From contig NC_068985.1 in the NCBI RefSeq assembly GCF_001194135.2, positions 86,852,508 to 86,916,507 of the forward strand: a stretch of DNA of 64,000 nt, written 5' to 3'. Source of the DNA: Octopus bimaculoides (Eukaryota). Every line of letters begins with the position of its first letter. The stretch's first letter is position 1. The notes beneath the pieces are model-generated. The model did not search any database. It worked only from the letters and a program-made list of their open reading frames with translations, and was not told the DNA's origin. Shown in pieces: positions 24,695 through 38,325 of this stretch. The position numbers and the translations under genes were made by a program.

Positions 24695-25146
24695 GCCATC
24701 ATTATCATCACCATCATCATTATCATCATCATCATTACTTCATCAAATCCCTCCATTCTACCTTGAAGGCATTTACAAGGGACTCGCTGCCTTGCAAAAC
24801 TGTTGTTTCACAAGACTATCCTCCCTGGAACATACTCAGTTGAATTCTCTGCATATGTGTGTATGCATATATATATATACATATATATGTATATATGTAT
24901 GTGGACGTGTGTTTGTGTGTATGTTTGTGTGTGTGTGTGTTTGTGTAATTGTGTGTGCACGCATATCATATTTTGAAGTAAATATGTATACATGTATGTG
25001 TGTAAAGTTGTATTATACGCACACACACACACATATATAAATATATAATATACATACACATGCATATAATATATATGATATATATATATATATATGTATG
25101 TTTTATACATATATAAAACATGATATATATATATATGTATGTTTTA

Positions 25147-25820
25147 NNNNNNNNNNNNNNNNNNNNNNNNNNNNNNNNNNNNNNNNNNNNNNNNNNNNNN
25201 NNNNNNNNNNNNNNNNNNNNNNNNNNNNNNNNNNNNNNNNNNNNNNNNNNNNNNNNNNNNNNNNNNNNNNNNNNNNNNNNNNNNNNNNNNNNNNNNNNNN
25301 NNNNNNNNNNNNNNNNNNNNNNNNNNNNNNNNNNNNNNNNNNNNNNNNNNNNNNNNNNNNNNNNNNNNNNNNNNNNNNNNNNNNNNNNNNNNNNNNNNNN
25401 NNNNNNNNNNNNNNNNNNNNNNNNNNNNNNNNNNNNNNNNNNNNNNNNNNNNNNNNNNNNNNNNNNNNNNNNNNNNNNNNNNNNNNNNNNNNNNNNNNNN
25501 NNNNNNNNNNNNNNNNNNNNNNNNNNNNNNNNNNNNNNNNNNNNNNNNNNNNNNNNNNNNNNNNNNNNNNNNNNNNNNNNNNNNNNNNNNNNNNNNNNNN
25601 NNNNNNNNNNNNNNNNNNNNNNNNNNNNNNNNNNNNNNNNNNNNNNNNNNNNNNNNNNNNNNNNNNNNNNNNNNNNNNNNNNNNNNNNNNNNNNNNNNNN
25701 NNNNNNNNNNNNNNNNNNNNNNNNNNNNNNNNNNNNNNNNNNNNNNNNNNNNNNNNNNNNNNNNNNNNNNNNNNNNNNNNNNNNNNNNNNNNNNNNNNNN
25801 NNNNNNNNNNNNNNNNNNNN
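25147..25820. other. Assembly gap (N)
   Basis: N run. Confidence 1.
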
Positions 25821-26466
25821 TATATATATATAAATATAAACATATGCATGTATTTGTATATATTATCTGTATAAATGTTGTTGGGTTCTTTTTCTTGTCA
25901 ATGTAGATTTTCATTTTGTATTTTTGTATCCCTGCCTCTGACTCTGAGAGAAAGATGAATTCTCATGGCCTAAGGCTTCAATGTCATTTCAACAGCATCA
26001 CAGTGCATTTCCACATTACAGGCTTCTTGACTTTTCTATCAGGTGTTTTTAATATTATTTAGCAAGTCCTTCCCAATCTACATTCTCAGCGAGCCCATAG
26101 TATATTGTGGAAACTTAACAGGAATGTCCGAATGTATATTCTGATCATGGACGAAGTATATTGTAATCTGAATGCCATTCATCTATGAAGGATGGTAAAT
26201 TGTCTTTTGTTTGTGTGCTTAACATCGTTTCCTCAAAAGGTAGCAAGGATTAAACTGGAAGGGATTTAAGGCATGATTTTGACAGCCATCTTGTTTTCAT
26301 GTTTCCAGCCTTCAAGTGATTTTACATAAAGAAAACTTTTCTTTCCAGAGGAACTTGAAACTGCAGAAGTAGTGGATGACCTGTGGAATGAAAACGTCAA
26401 AAACGTCACCCCTTGCAACACATTTATAAACGGTGGCATCGCTACCTACAACATGCCTCACACACA

Positions 26467-26509
<43 letters not shown>

Positions 26510-26630
26510 TTGATATAAGAGTTATTTGAGGATGCTTGATTATCAATATAATACACTCCGTAAACATATTTAAATGGTTTTATTTCTCTCACATCCTCTG
26601 AGGTATATAAAGTGTTAATGCTAGAAATGC

Positions 26631-27030
26631 AGAGCTGTTGTAGCCATATGTGCAAAACAAATCGATTTAGTAATTGCCAATTTGCTAAACATTACAAGAT
26701 ATTTTGTACACAAAATTTGGATGAAATTGGAAGCCACTGGCAGGAATATTTCAACCGAATCAAAGAGAAAAAAACATTCTAAATTTTCAGGCATGATTAG
26801 GATACTAGAATTTATCCAATGGCTTCAGAACATTATCCGTGATGATCCCAGATAATCAATGAGGACCACTGCCAAAAGACATCAAGTGTCGGAGTGGACT
26901 CTCAGAACTGTGGTGGACAAAGACATTCCAGACATGTTGCATGAATTAAGGCAAGTTCATGTCTACAAAGATACATAAACCATTTGATTTATTCCAAGCA
27001 GTTATTTGACAAGGTTAAAACTCCCAGGAA
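26631..27030 (+). mobile_element. Tc1/mariner transposase N-terminal (HTH) remnant
   Basis: RAVVAICAKQIDLVIANLLNITRYFVHKIWMKLEATG..RKKHS..IRILEFIQWLQNIIRDDPR*SMRTTAKRHQVSEWTLRTVV: paired HTH architecture of mariner-like transposases. Confidence 0.75.
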
Positions 27031-27278
27031 TACAGCATGCTTTAGTTATTCTCTGATAGGAAAACCTTTGACCAAGTCTAAAAGCCTAACACTGAAAAGT
27101 GACAGATATCTCTTGATATCCCTTGAGTGACAATCACTAAGTTTCAAACGACTGTGATGTTATAAGGAGAGGGGTGTGAGGGGCAGGTGACTGTGCGAAC
27201 CCTTCCTTTGTCTTGATATCATATGGTCACAGTTAATGAGCAGTTGCTGGAAAAGATAAAAAGACCTACCAGAAAAGT

Positions 27279-27501
27279 GTAACCCTTTAGTATTCAGATA
27301 GTCACATGTAATGTCTATTTATTCACATTGTTTTGAATTAATCCTGCTTCATCCTGTACTTTCCAGATTTCGATGATGTGGTTGTTTAGTTTTAGAATAA
27401 TATTCTAAAGAAGGTGTGAGAGGCTGGATGTGGTATGTTTGAACATAAAACAGGTAGAACATCCAGGTCTAATATGGCCAGTTTAAATGCTAAAGGGTTA
27501 A
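27279..27501. mobile_element. TTAA-type MITE family 1, near-complete
   Basis: TIRs taaccctttagtatt ... aatgctaaagggttaa. Confidence 0.85.
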
Positions 27502-28079
27502 ACATAGAAATAGTATGATCTGAGGAAAAGTTAGCTGCTATTTCTGAATGGTTTGACTCTTCTGAACAGGCTATATTTTTCAAACAGCGTTTGCAGTTCT
27601 ATGGTATTGATTATTTTCTGAGAGGAAAAAAAAAAAAAAAGATATTTTTACCATTTTTGGTGTTTGTAAAGATATTTGTAATGATATTTGAATTAATTTC
27701 ACAGCAGACAAATATTCATCTATCAAATACAGTGGAATTAGAGTAACCATATGGCAGACATTGCAATGTTATATTTTGCTTTGAAGGATGAGTTAGAGAA
27801 TTTACAAGGTGACAGAAGGACAATATGATAAAATTCAGCTTTAACATATGTTTGGAATCTGCATTTAGAGAGATTAAACTGCTGGCAAAAAGAACAATCT
27901 AAAATAATAAATACAAGATTAATTATAAGATATATTGAGGAGATTATAATGGAAAAAAGGTCAGAATCTTTTTTTGTGTTTTAGTATTTATGTTTCTTTC
28001 AGGAACGCTCTAATGGTGGACTTTCTTAAATTTATTCCAATGATTTGTGTGGGTTTCAGCTTTGCAAAACTAAAACAAT

Positions 28080-28315
28080 AATGATGATGATGATGATGAT
28101 GATACTCTTTTCTACTGTAGGCAAAAGGCCAAAAATTTTGGGGGAGAGCTAGTTAATCACGTTGACCCCCAGTATGCAACTGGTACTTTTCATTGACCCT
28201 CAAAAAGATGAAAGGCAAAGTTGATGTTGGTGGAGTTTGAACTCAGAACGTATGAATGAATGAAATACTGCTTAGCAGTTTTCCCAGTGTGCTAACGATT
28301 CTGCCAACTCACTGT
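28080..28315 (-). mobile_element. tRNA-SINE family C
   Basis: gaaaggcaaagttga...ggagtttgaactcagaacgt is the reverse complement of the family C head. Confidence 0.7.
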
Positions 28316-28346
28316 CTTAATAATAATAATAATAAGAATAATAATA

Positions 28347-28377
<31 letters not shown>

Positions 28378-28579
28378 TAGAATCTGAAGCCCAACTACCA
28401 CCCTGGCCACTACCCCCACCCCTACTACTGTTGCTGTTGCTGCAACCACTGCTGCTACTACACATTAAAACAATAATATCAGTGATATCAGTGATGATAA
28501 TAATAATAATAACGAAAAACGGTTGGAGCCTCATGGGCTGATTAATAATGATACATCTAGTGATGGTGTCACAATAAAA

Positions 28580-29210
28580 ACACTGTTAATTGCACAACCT
28601 GATAATTGCTACCTCATATGAGTGACAATGAAAAAACAAAATATTGTGAATAATGATGGGAATGAAACTGAAGCCAATGATGGTGACAGTGGTACACCAG
28701 GTAGGCTTAGAGATTCTGGTCTGGCTCCAGCCTGGTGATATTCAGAAAGGGACCACCACACATGGCATAGATGGAGCAAGCAAATTAATATTGTGGTCAT
28801 GGAGTGTTACTACCTGAGCAGGCCGGCAGATGAAAATGGTGCTCAAATAAGGGGTTACCGATGACGTATGTATGATCATTGGAGAGAAAAGGGATTGTTC
28901 CAACTCATAGAACAGAGACTTATGTGATCAAGCTAGAGCAATAAGAAAAAATTGTTGGTTCACAGAAGTAGAGGTCAAAGCTATCAAAAGACGGGCCATT
29001 GACAATAGCAGCATAAATAAGAATGAAAATACAGTTCTTACTAATAAGAGTAATCTCATAGCAGAGGAAAGGAGCAGTGGTAGCTTACTTGAGGAGAGAC
29101 ATATAGATGATCTAAAAGAAGATGATAAAACTAATGGCGACATGACGGATGAACGAAAGGCAATCCACAACAGAATAAAAGTAAGACTACAGGAGAACGA
29201 TAGCAACATT
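28580..29210 (+). mobile_element. R4/Dong-like retrotransposon, ORF N-terminal region (decayed)
   Basis: HRWSKQINIVVMECYYLSRP..GAQIRGYR*RMYDHWREKGLFQLIEQRL/CDQARAIRKNCWFTEVE, characteristic of R4-like ORF N-termini. Confidence 0.7.
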
Positions 29211-30219
29211 ATCATGACCACCACCACCAACACCACCACTACGAAAACCACCATACCATCTTCCACATCGTCCACCAACTCATCTTCCTCCTCTCCCTCC
29301 TTCCCACCATTATCCCCCCCACCACCAACGTCACTGCAATCACCATCCCATCGCATCCTCTACTTCCTCTTCTCCCTCCCCATGATCATCATCAACATTG
29401 TCAGCACCACCACTAACACCACTGCCACTGCTGAATCAACATAACCATCACGATCATCATCACCATCATCATCCATCCATTTTGGGGTTAGTTTGGTCCT
29501 CTTTGGTTCCCTAATCTAAGCAAATGATACACAAGTCCTTTGACTTTCCCTCCTTTTGGTTCAGCATTTTCAAATCAGCTTTCACCTCTTTTTCTCCCAT
29601 TTCTTTCTTCTCCTTCATCTTCCAATTCTGTGAATTTTAATTGAGAATGTCAAAGACCTTTTAATTTTATTCTCTTTCAAGGCAACTGGTTTCCTAAATA
29701 TTTGGTGCCAAAACAATTGGTTAGAACTTGGAAAAGAAATATTTGCTCTCACTCGCTTGTTTGTATGTGTGTGACAAACTGTGACAGATATATGAACTTT
29801 CCACCAAGAAAATGTGGCAAGCCTATAGAAAAGTTTCCAAGTTAAGAGAATTTCAAAGTTTTACATATTTCCCTTCATTTGCCTACAGAAACAACATGAA
29901 GAATTATCTTCCTATCTTTAGAAAGAAAGAAACAAAATACTTGTTTTCTGACTATTTTGCACAGTTTTATTTCACAAATTCTTCCTTCTTATAATATATA
30001 CATTTATCTTGTTTTGTTTTACGAAGTTATTTTATTAATTTTGCTTGTCCTGCAGGTGACTGAGTTCAGATTAGATAAGCTGGATGATAATCCGTTTCTT
30101 CTGATTCCTCCTTTACAAGGAATAGTTCTATATTTAAAGCAGCACAAACAGTCATAGTCTAGTTTCTCAAAACTAAGACTGTTCAATATCAATTAACAAA
30201 TACCCCTCTCCCTCTCTCT

Positions 30220-30265
<46 letters not shown>

Positions 30266-30344
30266 ACAAGCACATGCGCGTACATGTATTACTGTTGACG
30301 ATATTAAGCACAAGAAGCAGCTTAAAACACAAAAAAAAAAAACA

Positions 30345-30430
30345 TCGAGAGCATTATTTCATCTTTGAACTAACAACAGCAAATAAAATAAAGATGAAGA
30401 GCGCTCATGCAAACAATTTAAAAGAGAGTT

Positions 30431-30466
<36 letters not shown>

Positions 30467-30471
30467 GGAGA

Positions 30472-30512
<41 letters not shown>

Positions 30513-30589
30513 GGCTGATGATGATGATGATGGTGGTGATGATCATGATGATGGTGATGTTCGTGGTGATCATGATGATGATGGTGATC

Positions 30590-30623
<34 letters not shown>

Positions 30624-30700
30624 CGACAATGAAGATGATGATAATGATGATGACGATGACAACAATGAAGATGGTGATGATGATGATGATGGCTATTGAA
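30345..30700. repeat. (GA)n followed by (GAT)n tract
   Basis: Directly visible. Confidence 0.9.
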
Positions 30701-31229
30701 CAGAAAGCTTTGTTTGCTGGTCATGAGTTAAGCTCCTTGACAAGACCTACTCCGTCAAATATCCTTGACATCTCTGTCTTTTCAGTGTTTCAAGCATCAC
30801 AGCATTAACTGCTTCTCCATTCCCAGATGCTCAGGCTGGAACTGAAATTAAATTATTTCCTATTGTTTGTTTGCTTGTTTCTTTGTCTGCTCTTAATGAA
30901 CCTCTAATCTACGACAACGACAAATTATGCTCTGATAAATATTACCTCCATTTATTAGATATTTTTCTGTTCTTCTTGCAGAGTCACATTGCATCTACTC
31001 CACCACCACCACTACAGATACACACACATGTATATACATATACATACATATGTGTGAATATGCACAAATGTATGTGTGTGTGCGCAGATATAAGACATAA
31101 AACACATATATATGCTAATATAAAACAGTGAGAATGAGTGCTCAACGCTGCAGTGGTGAATAAATATTCCTCATTTGTGAGTTAAGAAGGATACCATTGG
31201 TTTCATGTAATCAGAAATTACTTACAATT

Positions 31230-32200
31230 ATCATGCCTGCCACATGGAATGTTGGTACCCGTCTATATCTAGACATGTACCAATGTGTGTGTGTGTGCAG
31301 TTTCAGTAGTTCAATATGGACATGGAAACCTGAAATGGACAGAGGAAGACCTAAAAGAGATGGACAGAAAGTCAAGAAAGCTCTTAACGATGCATGGAGC
31401 CCATCATCCACAGAGACACTGAAGAGATGAAGAGAGCAAATGGAGGAAGGGGACTGACAAGTGTGGAAGAATGCATGCATATCGAATTTGAGAGCTTAAT
31501 AAGATACCTAGCCCAAACTAAGGAATGAGAGAGAATTGAGAGCAGAGAAAAAATGGAAAAGAAAGGAAGAAGTACAAAAAGGATCTGAAGAAGAATTATG
31601 TAAGAAGGGACTACACAAACAATTCCATGTAGATACAAAAGAAGTTGCTGGAAAAAATAGGTGGGATTGGCTGATGAAAGGAACACTGGAAAAAGAGACC
31701 AAGAGCACTATACTGGTGGTGCAGGACCAAACTCTGGCCACGAACTGGAGGGTCAACCTTAGGAATGAACAAGTGTCTCTGCTGTGCTGCATTTGTAACA
31801 GAATGGATGAAACCATTGCCCATATCACAAACGAATGCCCTAGACTTGCCCCAAACCACTACAAGTTGTGACAACACGACCAGGTAGCGAAAGTGTTACA
31901 TTGGAAACTGTTTGAAAAGTGGGGGCTACAGAGAAGCAAGACATGGTATGAGCACCAACTGCAGGGAGTGGCAGAGTTGGAGACTAACAAAATCCTCTGG
32001 GATTTCCCAATTCTAACATATCAGGTGCTAGAGCATAACTGGCTGGACCTAGTGGTAGTCGACAAGATGTACCACGTGCTATATTGTTGATGTTGTATGC
32101 CCCTTTGACCCACAAATAGTCAAGAAAGAAGGCGAAAGGTAGATAGATACAACCCTCTTAAGTACAAAATAGCCCGGCTATGGAAAATTAAGAATGATGC
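31230..32200 (+). mobile_element. R4/Dong-like retrotransposon C-terminus (CCHC knuckle and restriction-like endonuclease)
   Basis: WDWLMKGTLEKETKSTILVVQDQ; CCICNRMDETIAHITNEC; HDQVAKVLHWKL; KILWDFPI..EHNWLDLVVVDK; several stops. Confidence 0.9.
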
Positions 32201-32728
32201 AAACCTCCAGACATAGGAGAGCCCTCACCTAAGTGAATCAAGGGATCTCACAGCTCTTATTTGTTTGTTTTCCTAAATCAACCAGTGCATACTTAGAGTA
32301 GATCCATTCATATTAACAGTTAGTGCTAAAATCCCTCACCTTTTGACAAATTCAGTGTGGGGGAGCATTTTCCTCTCCTTTCTAAGCACATTGGCAGTAA
32401 ATTGGAGGAGAAAGAAGAGGGAGATAGATATCATCACCCCTGGTATATCACAGGTACTCTTTTTATTAACTTTCAGAGAGATGAAAGACAAAATTGATAT
32501 GGACGGGATTTGAACTTAGAATGGGAAGATCTAGAAGAAATACTGCAAGGCATCTATTCTGGTGCCTAATGATTCCGCCAGCTCACCAATATTGTTTCTT
32601 TTTATTTGCCACAAGGACAACAGATGAAGGAAACAATAACAGGGTCTTACATAATATGTGTGGATTTACAAAGAAAATCAACATGAAACTGAGAATAAGA
32701 AAATAAAAATAAGCTACTCAGCATTATA

Positions 32729-32792
<64 letters not shown>

Positions 32793-32970
32793 TAGATAGA
32801 TAGATAGATATACATACACATATATGTATATATGCACACATATATATATACATGTACATACATATACATAAACACACACTTATATAAACATGCATGTATA
32901 TATACACACACATATCTATATATCTACATGTATATTTATATATCTATATATATATGTGAATATGTGTGTT

Positions 32971-33020
<50 letters not shown>

Positions 33021-33059
33021 TACATTTATCTATCTATCTATCTATCTATCTATATATAC

Positions 33060-33107
<48 letters not shown>

Positions 33108-34179
33108 ATATATATATATGCATATATATGTACTTATATATCTGTGTGTGTATATATGCATGTATTTGTATGTTTGTGTGTGTATGTGGTGTGTGTATGT
33201 GTGTAAGACAATTGAAGCAAACATTGCAAATATAAATGGTTTTCTAAATTTGGCAAAAGAAGTCTTCATGTAGAAATAAAAACCTAACAATAAAAAAAAC
33301 ATTGAACTTTTGATACCTTAAGTAAATCTTTCCTTTTAAGACAACGTTTTCATGGTGATCTGATATTTTTAGTTGCATTTGACACATCAGGTTAGGTACA
33401 TTTAGCAGAAAAGATATATGGAAGAAATTCTAGTAAAAATACTCGAAGTTATTTTGGAAAAAACAAAAGAAAAAAAAAAGCCGAAAAGAAGAATTAAAAA
33501 AAAAAACTCTAAAGAGAAAGCAATATTTACTTTGTAACATAGTTAAAGGCCGGTTGAGGTGATAAATAACTAGTCTTGCTGGATTTTCTCTTGTTTTTGC
33601 CATTTTTTTTTTTTTTTCTTGCTGGGGAGAAATCTTGTAGGGTCAGGTTCTTCTGAAATTTTATTTTATTTTGCAAGAATTGAAAAAAAGTAGAAATTTA
33701 GTTTTGTTGATGTTATTGTTGTTGTCATCATAGTTGTCGTTGTTATTTAGCCCCAGGTCAGCCCTAGATGGACAGTTGTCGTCATAAAGAGACTTGTGGT
33801 TATTGTTTAGAACCAAATCAATCTTGACCAGACAGACCGATGATCGAAGATGTTTCCAGTCATGACCATCATGACCCGATGCAGGCATGGCTGAGTGGTA
33901 AGAAGTTTGCTTCCCAACAGTTATTAGGGAGCAAGACTGAATGCATTGTGGTATTTGTTCTTATGCTCTCAGTGCTGAGTTCAAACCTTGCCTAAGTCAA
34001 CTCTGTCTTTTGTTATTTTAGACTCAATAAAAATGCCTGAGTGGTCGACAGTGGGGACAGAGAAAGTCTACCATGCTTGCATTCCTGTTGCAAAGCATTT
34101 AAAGCCATTCAGAGATTACCTCCCTCCCTGCCTCTGACTTGTCTCAGAAGTTTTGTAGAAAGTCATACCATCTAAGAGA

Positions 34180-34407
34180 TTAAACTTTTAGCATTTAAAC
34201 TGACCATATCTTGTCCTGTATATTCTAACCATTCCATGTTAAAACTGGCCACATCTGGCCTCTCACACCTATCCTGACAATGTTATTCAAAGCAAACAAT
34301 CATATCGTCAAAATCTCACAATTACGATACAATGAATAATTAATTGAAAATGGTGTGAATGAATAAGCATCACATTTGGCAGAATAATCTGAAGACTAAA
34401 GAGTTAA
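34180..34407. mobile_element. TTAA-type MITE family 1
   Basis: ttaaacttttagcatt ... gactaaagagttaa, with TTAA at both ends. Confidence 0.8.
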
Positions 34408-34507
34408 AAGGAAAATACATCGGTAGTGAAGAGTGTGTATGTGTGTATTTGCATGTGTCTGTGTGTTTGTGTGTATATGGCAGGTGTTGTGGGTGTGTTG
34501 CCTGCTG

Positions 34508-34646
34508 TCATCCAGGTAGACTCTTGTGAGGTGATTGATGAGCAGTGTCTAAACAAGCTGTACTATGACTGTAGTTGAAGCTGAGCTCATCAAATATAGA
34601 GGGTGTCTGGGCTAAATTTGACAGCATAGAAAGAACAATATCACGT
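34508..34646 (-). CDS. Candidate terminal exon, unknown gene (RDIVLSMLSNLAQTPSIFDELSFNYSHSTACLDTAHQSPHKSLPG*)
   Basis: ttttttttgag| acceptor; open to TGA in non-repetitive sequence. No homolog recognised. Confidence 0.2.
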
Positions 34647-35479
34647 CTCAAAAAAAATTCCTTTTTTTTTAAATCAAAAAATATCAACAAAATTCTGGTT
34701 TGGAGATAAAAGTTTAATCAAAGTAGTCAGCATCAGCTTGCATCTTAAGACGGCTCTGGAACCTTGTGCAGTGAAGCTGAACCTCAAGCTAAATGTATGC
34801 ATGATTATATGTGTGTGTGTGTATTTATTTATTTATTTATGTATATATGTATGTATTTATGTATATACACATGTATGCACACACACACACACACACACAC
34901 ACGCATATATATATGTATGTATGTATGTATGAATATAGGTAGGTAGGAATATATATGTGTGTGTGTATGTATATATAAGTATATATATATATATATATAT
35001 CTTATGAGGAGAATATCTTAATCTCATTGATTCTGCCTTTTAGGGAAACAAACTCGTGGTACTGATTGAAACTGAATGTGAGATATTCTGGCAAATCTTA
35101 CAAACTTGTTGGTTGATAATTCTTACAGTTAATATGTTAATGTACAGATTATTTTGAAGAGCAGAATAATTAGTACAAATTTGTTGAAGCTTTTGAAAGC
35201 TTAAATCATAAACAATGGCTCAGTTTCCTATTAAGAAAGACAGATTATATCTTTTCAACTTGATCCTCTTCAAATCAGGCAGATATCTGTGCCACTTGAT
35301 GTCAAGTATCATTGACCATTAAGTACATAGCAGTGAATAATTGTCTTTCAATGGATATTAAAGACAGGCTCTAGGTTCATTGAAAAATGTACCAAGTGAA
35401 TCAGATGTCTTTATCACCATCCTGCTATCTGTAATTCTATGTGATAAAGTAATACAGTGATCATCACTGTTTAATGTCT

Positions 35480-35650
35480 GTGTTCCTTGTTGGCATGGGT
35501 TGAGTAGTTTGATAGAATCTTTTGGACCCAAGAACTGCAATGTGCTCCAATTTCTGCTTTGGAATGGTTTCTGCAGCCACGTTGCTCTTCCTGGCACCAA
35601 CCACTTTACAGTGTATATGAGGTGAATTTTTTGTGCCACCAGCACTTGTA
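35480..35650 (-). mobile_element. Family A repeat, degraded
   Basis: tttaatgtc...tggcatgggttg...ccaaccact. Confidence 0.65.
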
Positions 35651-35839
35651 AGATTACCATGACGTTTGCAAGTTTACAAACCCTGAGAGGAGCAGTTTTG
35701 TGCTAGCGGACAAGGGCTGGAGTATGAGAGAAGGGCTCAGAGTAGAAGAGATTTCTTGCTCTTTTTTGAGTTATGTAACATATTTTAGGAAAGAGAGGGT
35801 GGGAATGATGAGGGGGATGTGGAAAGAAATAAAAACAGA

Positions 35840-36155
35840 GAGTGTGTTCATGTCCCCATAACTTAGCATTTCAGTAAAAAGAGACTGATAGAATGAGTAC
35901 TAGGCTTACAAGACAATAAGTCCTGGAGTTGATTTCTTCAACTAAAGGTGGTGCTCCAGCATGGCTGCAGTCAATGTATATATGTATATACACAACAGGA
36001 TTCTCTCAGATTTGGTCTACCAAATCTTCTCACAAAACTTTGGTCAACGGAAGGATATAGCAGAAGACACTTTCTCAAGGGGTCACACAATGGGACTGAA
36101 CTTAGAACCATTTGGTTAGGAAGCAAACGTTTTACCACACAGCTATGCCTGCACC
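35840..36155. mobile_element. Family B SINE tail (+) abutting a family B head (-)
   Basis: ccccataacttagc...ccagcatggctgcagtcaa, then ttggtctaccaaatc...accacacagctatgcctgc. Confidence 0.7.
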
Positions 36156-36739
36156 TGTGTCTGAAAGAAAAAAGAAAAATATGGGATGGCCATGACTAGA
36201 ATGCCCTTTGATTGTTGGTCTACTCTGATCATGGCTGAACTGAAGTTAAACAACAACAGCAGTAACAATAACAAGAATATTATTGCAATTGTTTTCATTG
36301 CAGATATTTTCATCATCATCCTCATCATCATAATTATTTCTGTTATGTTTTGATCATTTCCAATGTGTTTTTATATTCTTCACCTCCCACCTTACCTTCC
36401 TCTAAAGTTAACATGAGCGCAGCCGCAGTGTGATATCGGAATATTTCAATATTTCCATTAGACTAGTCAACACAAACAGACCATTCCTTTAACATTGCGA
36501 TTATCTGTCTCCAACTAAGCAAATTCAATAATATAACTTTACAAGATCGCTTACTTCTAATATCTAATAACTTATTTTCATGTCTTTCTTACTGATTCTT
36601 GTTCCTCACTCTCCTCCTTTATAAATGTGTGTATGTAAACACATTCACACTCATGTATGTGTGTGTCTGTTTATAAATATATGTGTGCAGTTGTGTATTT
36701 CTCTGTAAAGGTACACTCACTCATGTATATAGAGATAAA

Positions 36740-36827
36740 TAAATGGATAGATAGACAGTTAGACAGACAGACAGACAGATAATAGACATAGATAGATAGT
36801 TAGATAGATAGATAGACAGATAGACAG

Positions 36828-36878
<51 letters not shown>

Positions 36879-36890
36879 CAGACAGACTGA
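36740..36890. repeat. (GATA)/(GACA)n tetranucleotide microsatellite
   Basis: Directly visible. Confidence 0.95.
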
Positions 36891-37209
36891 CCGTGTCTTT
36901 CTATTATGTTCTTCTTCCCATCCTATTTCATCCAATGATTAAATGCTTTATTTGATCTCTGATTACAAGATTTGAAAAAGTTGTTGATGAACGACCTTGA
37001 TCTAACTTCCCAGCTTTTCTTCCTAAAGACATGGCTATTAAATTTCTTTGTAAAGACCGTTGATATTAATCTTTTAAGACAATAACAGTGACTTCGAAGT
37101 TTCATTAAATATGACTTTTTCAAACTTTGGTAAAACTTTGAAGTCACTGTCAGCTTTTTGAAATAAATATTTAGCCCTGTTCCCTCTATTGAATCCTTTA
37201 TTTAGTTAA

Positions 37210-37575
37210 CAGTTGCTGTGTTTGATGTGCCACCACGTCACTGAAGTACCTGACAATGCAGACTGAGTGTTGTGAGAGTTTATTGAGCAAAATCACCTAA
37301 AAGTTCCACAAGGTTCTGGCAGGGTGCGGTAGTGAACCTTGCTGTACTCTTTCACCACAACTTTCTCTCACTCTTTCTTCCTGCTTCTGTTGTACCTGTA
37401 ATTCAAAGGGCCAACCTTGTCACACTGTGTCACACTGAATCTCCCTGAGAACTACATTAAGGTTGCACATGTCTGTGGAGTGCTCAGCCACTTGCACGTT
37501 AATTTCATGAGCAGGCTGTTCCGTGGAGCGGATCAACTGGAACCCTTATTGTCATAAAAAAAACAGAGTGTCACC
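37210..37575 (+). mobile_element. SINE-like interspersed repeat (family E)
   Basis: ggagtgctcagccacttgcacgttaatttcatgagcaggctgttcc; a reverse-complement relative lies at 47745-47900. Confidence 0.6.
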
Positions 37576-38325
37576 TGATAATGCATAGCAGGGGATGGCT
37601 GTTCCAATGGCTCTGTCTCACAATCACATTCTCAACACTTTTCAATGAGGAGCACCAATTTCCCTTGACATGATGTATAATCGAAAGACTGAGCATACCA
37701 CTGAAATGATTATTTATTTACTGGTTTCCATTTTCTTCTTCATCTTCTTTCTGTTTACTTTTGAAAATTCATGTTGTTTTGCCCTGAATTATTACCTCCC
37801 TTGATTTTAGCTCTTGCTGATCGAAACATTGTTGTGAGAAAAATATGTATGACCTCATCTTCGAATTTCCTTTTGCCTGACGGCTAAAAGAGACTTTAAC
37901 AAAAATTATATTAAGAGAGATAGATTTTATATCATAAATCATATATCATGTTTCACCCCCATTCTCTTTCTAAACGTATATTCTCGTCGAAGATAGCATA
38001 GAGTTGTATCATGTTGAGAAATCAATTGTGTTTATCATTTCACTAGGTTTTCTGTCTGAAAATAGGAGAAAGCTTCTCTTCCATTCTGTGCTGTGCATGG
38101 CCAACTGGTTAGAGCTGTTAGGATAATGTTGATGAGCACATGAGTTCAACTCCTGGACTCACTGAAGCATTGTCTCTTTGAACAAGGTACTTTATTTCAC
38201 AATGCTCAAGTTTGCTCAGCTGAAAATGAGAACCAGCAAAACCCTGTGGCATCGCATTCTCCCTCAGGATTACACTGAATCAAAGATAAAACTGCTGAGA
38301 GGGTGACTATATCTGCTCATGCCAC

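Noticed and set aside
13746-25914. Many YI/CV/HT/poly-H/poly-S/poly-I ORFs and long X-containing ORFs, here and throughout the window
   Set aside because: They are translations of di- and trinucleotide microsatellites or run across N gaps.
26349-26518. Acceptor followed by EELETAEVVDDLWNENVKNVTPCNTFING
   Set aside because: Runs into a (CA)n repeat and has no convincing donor.
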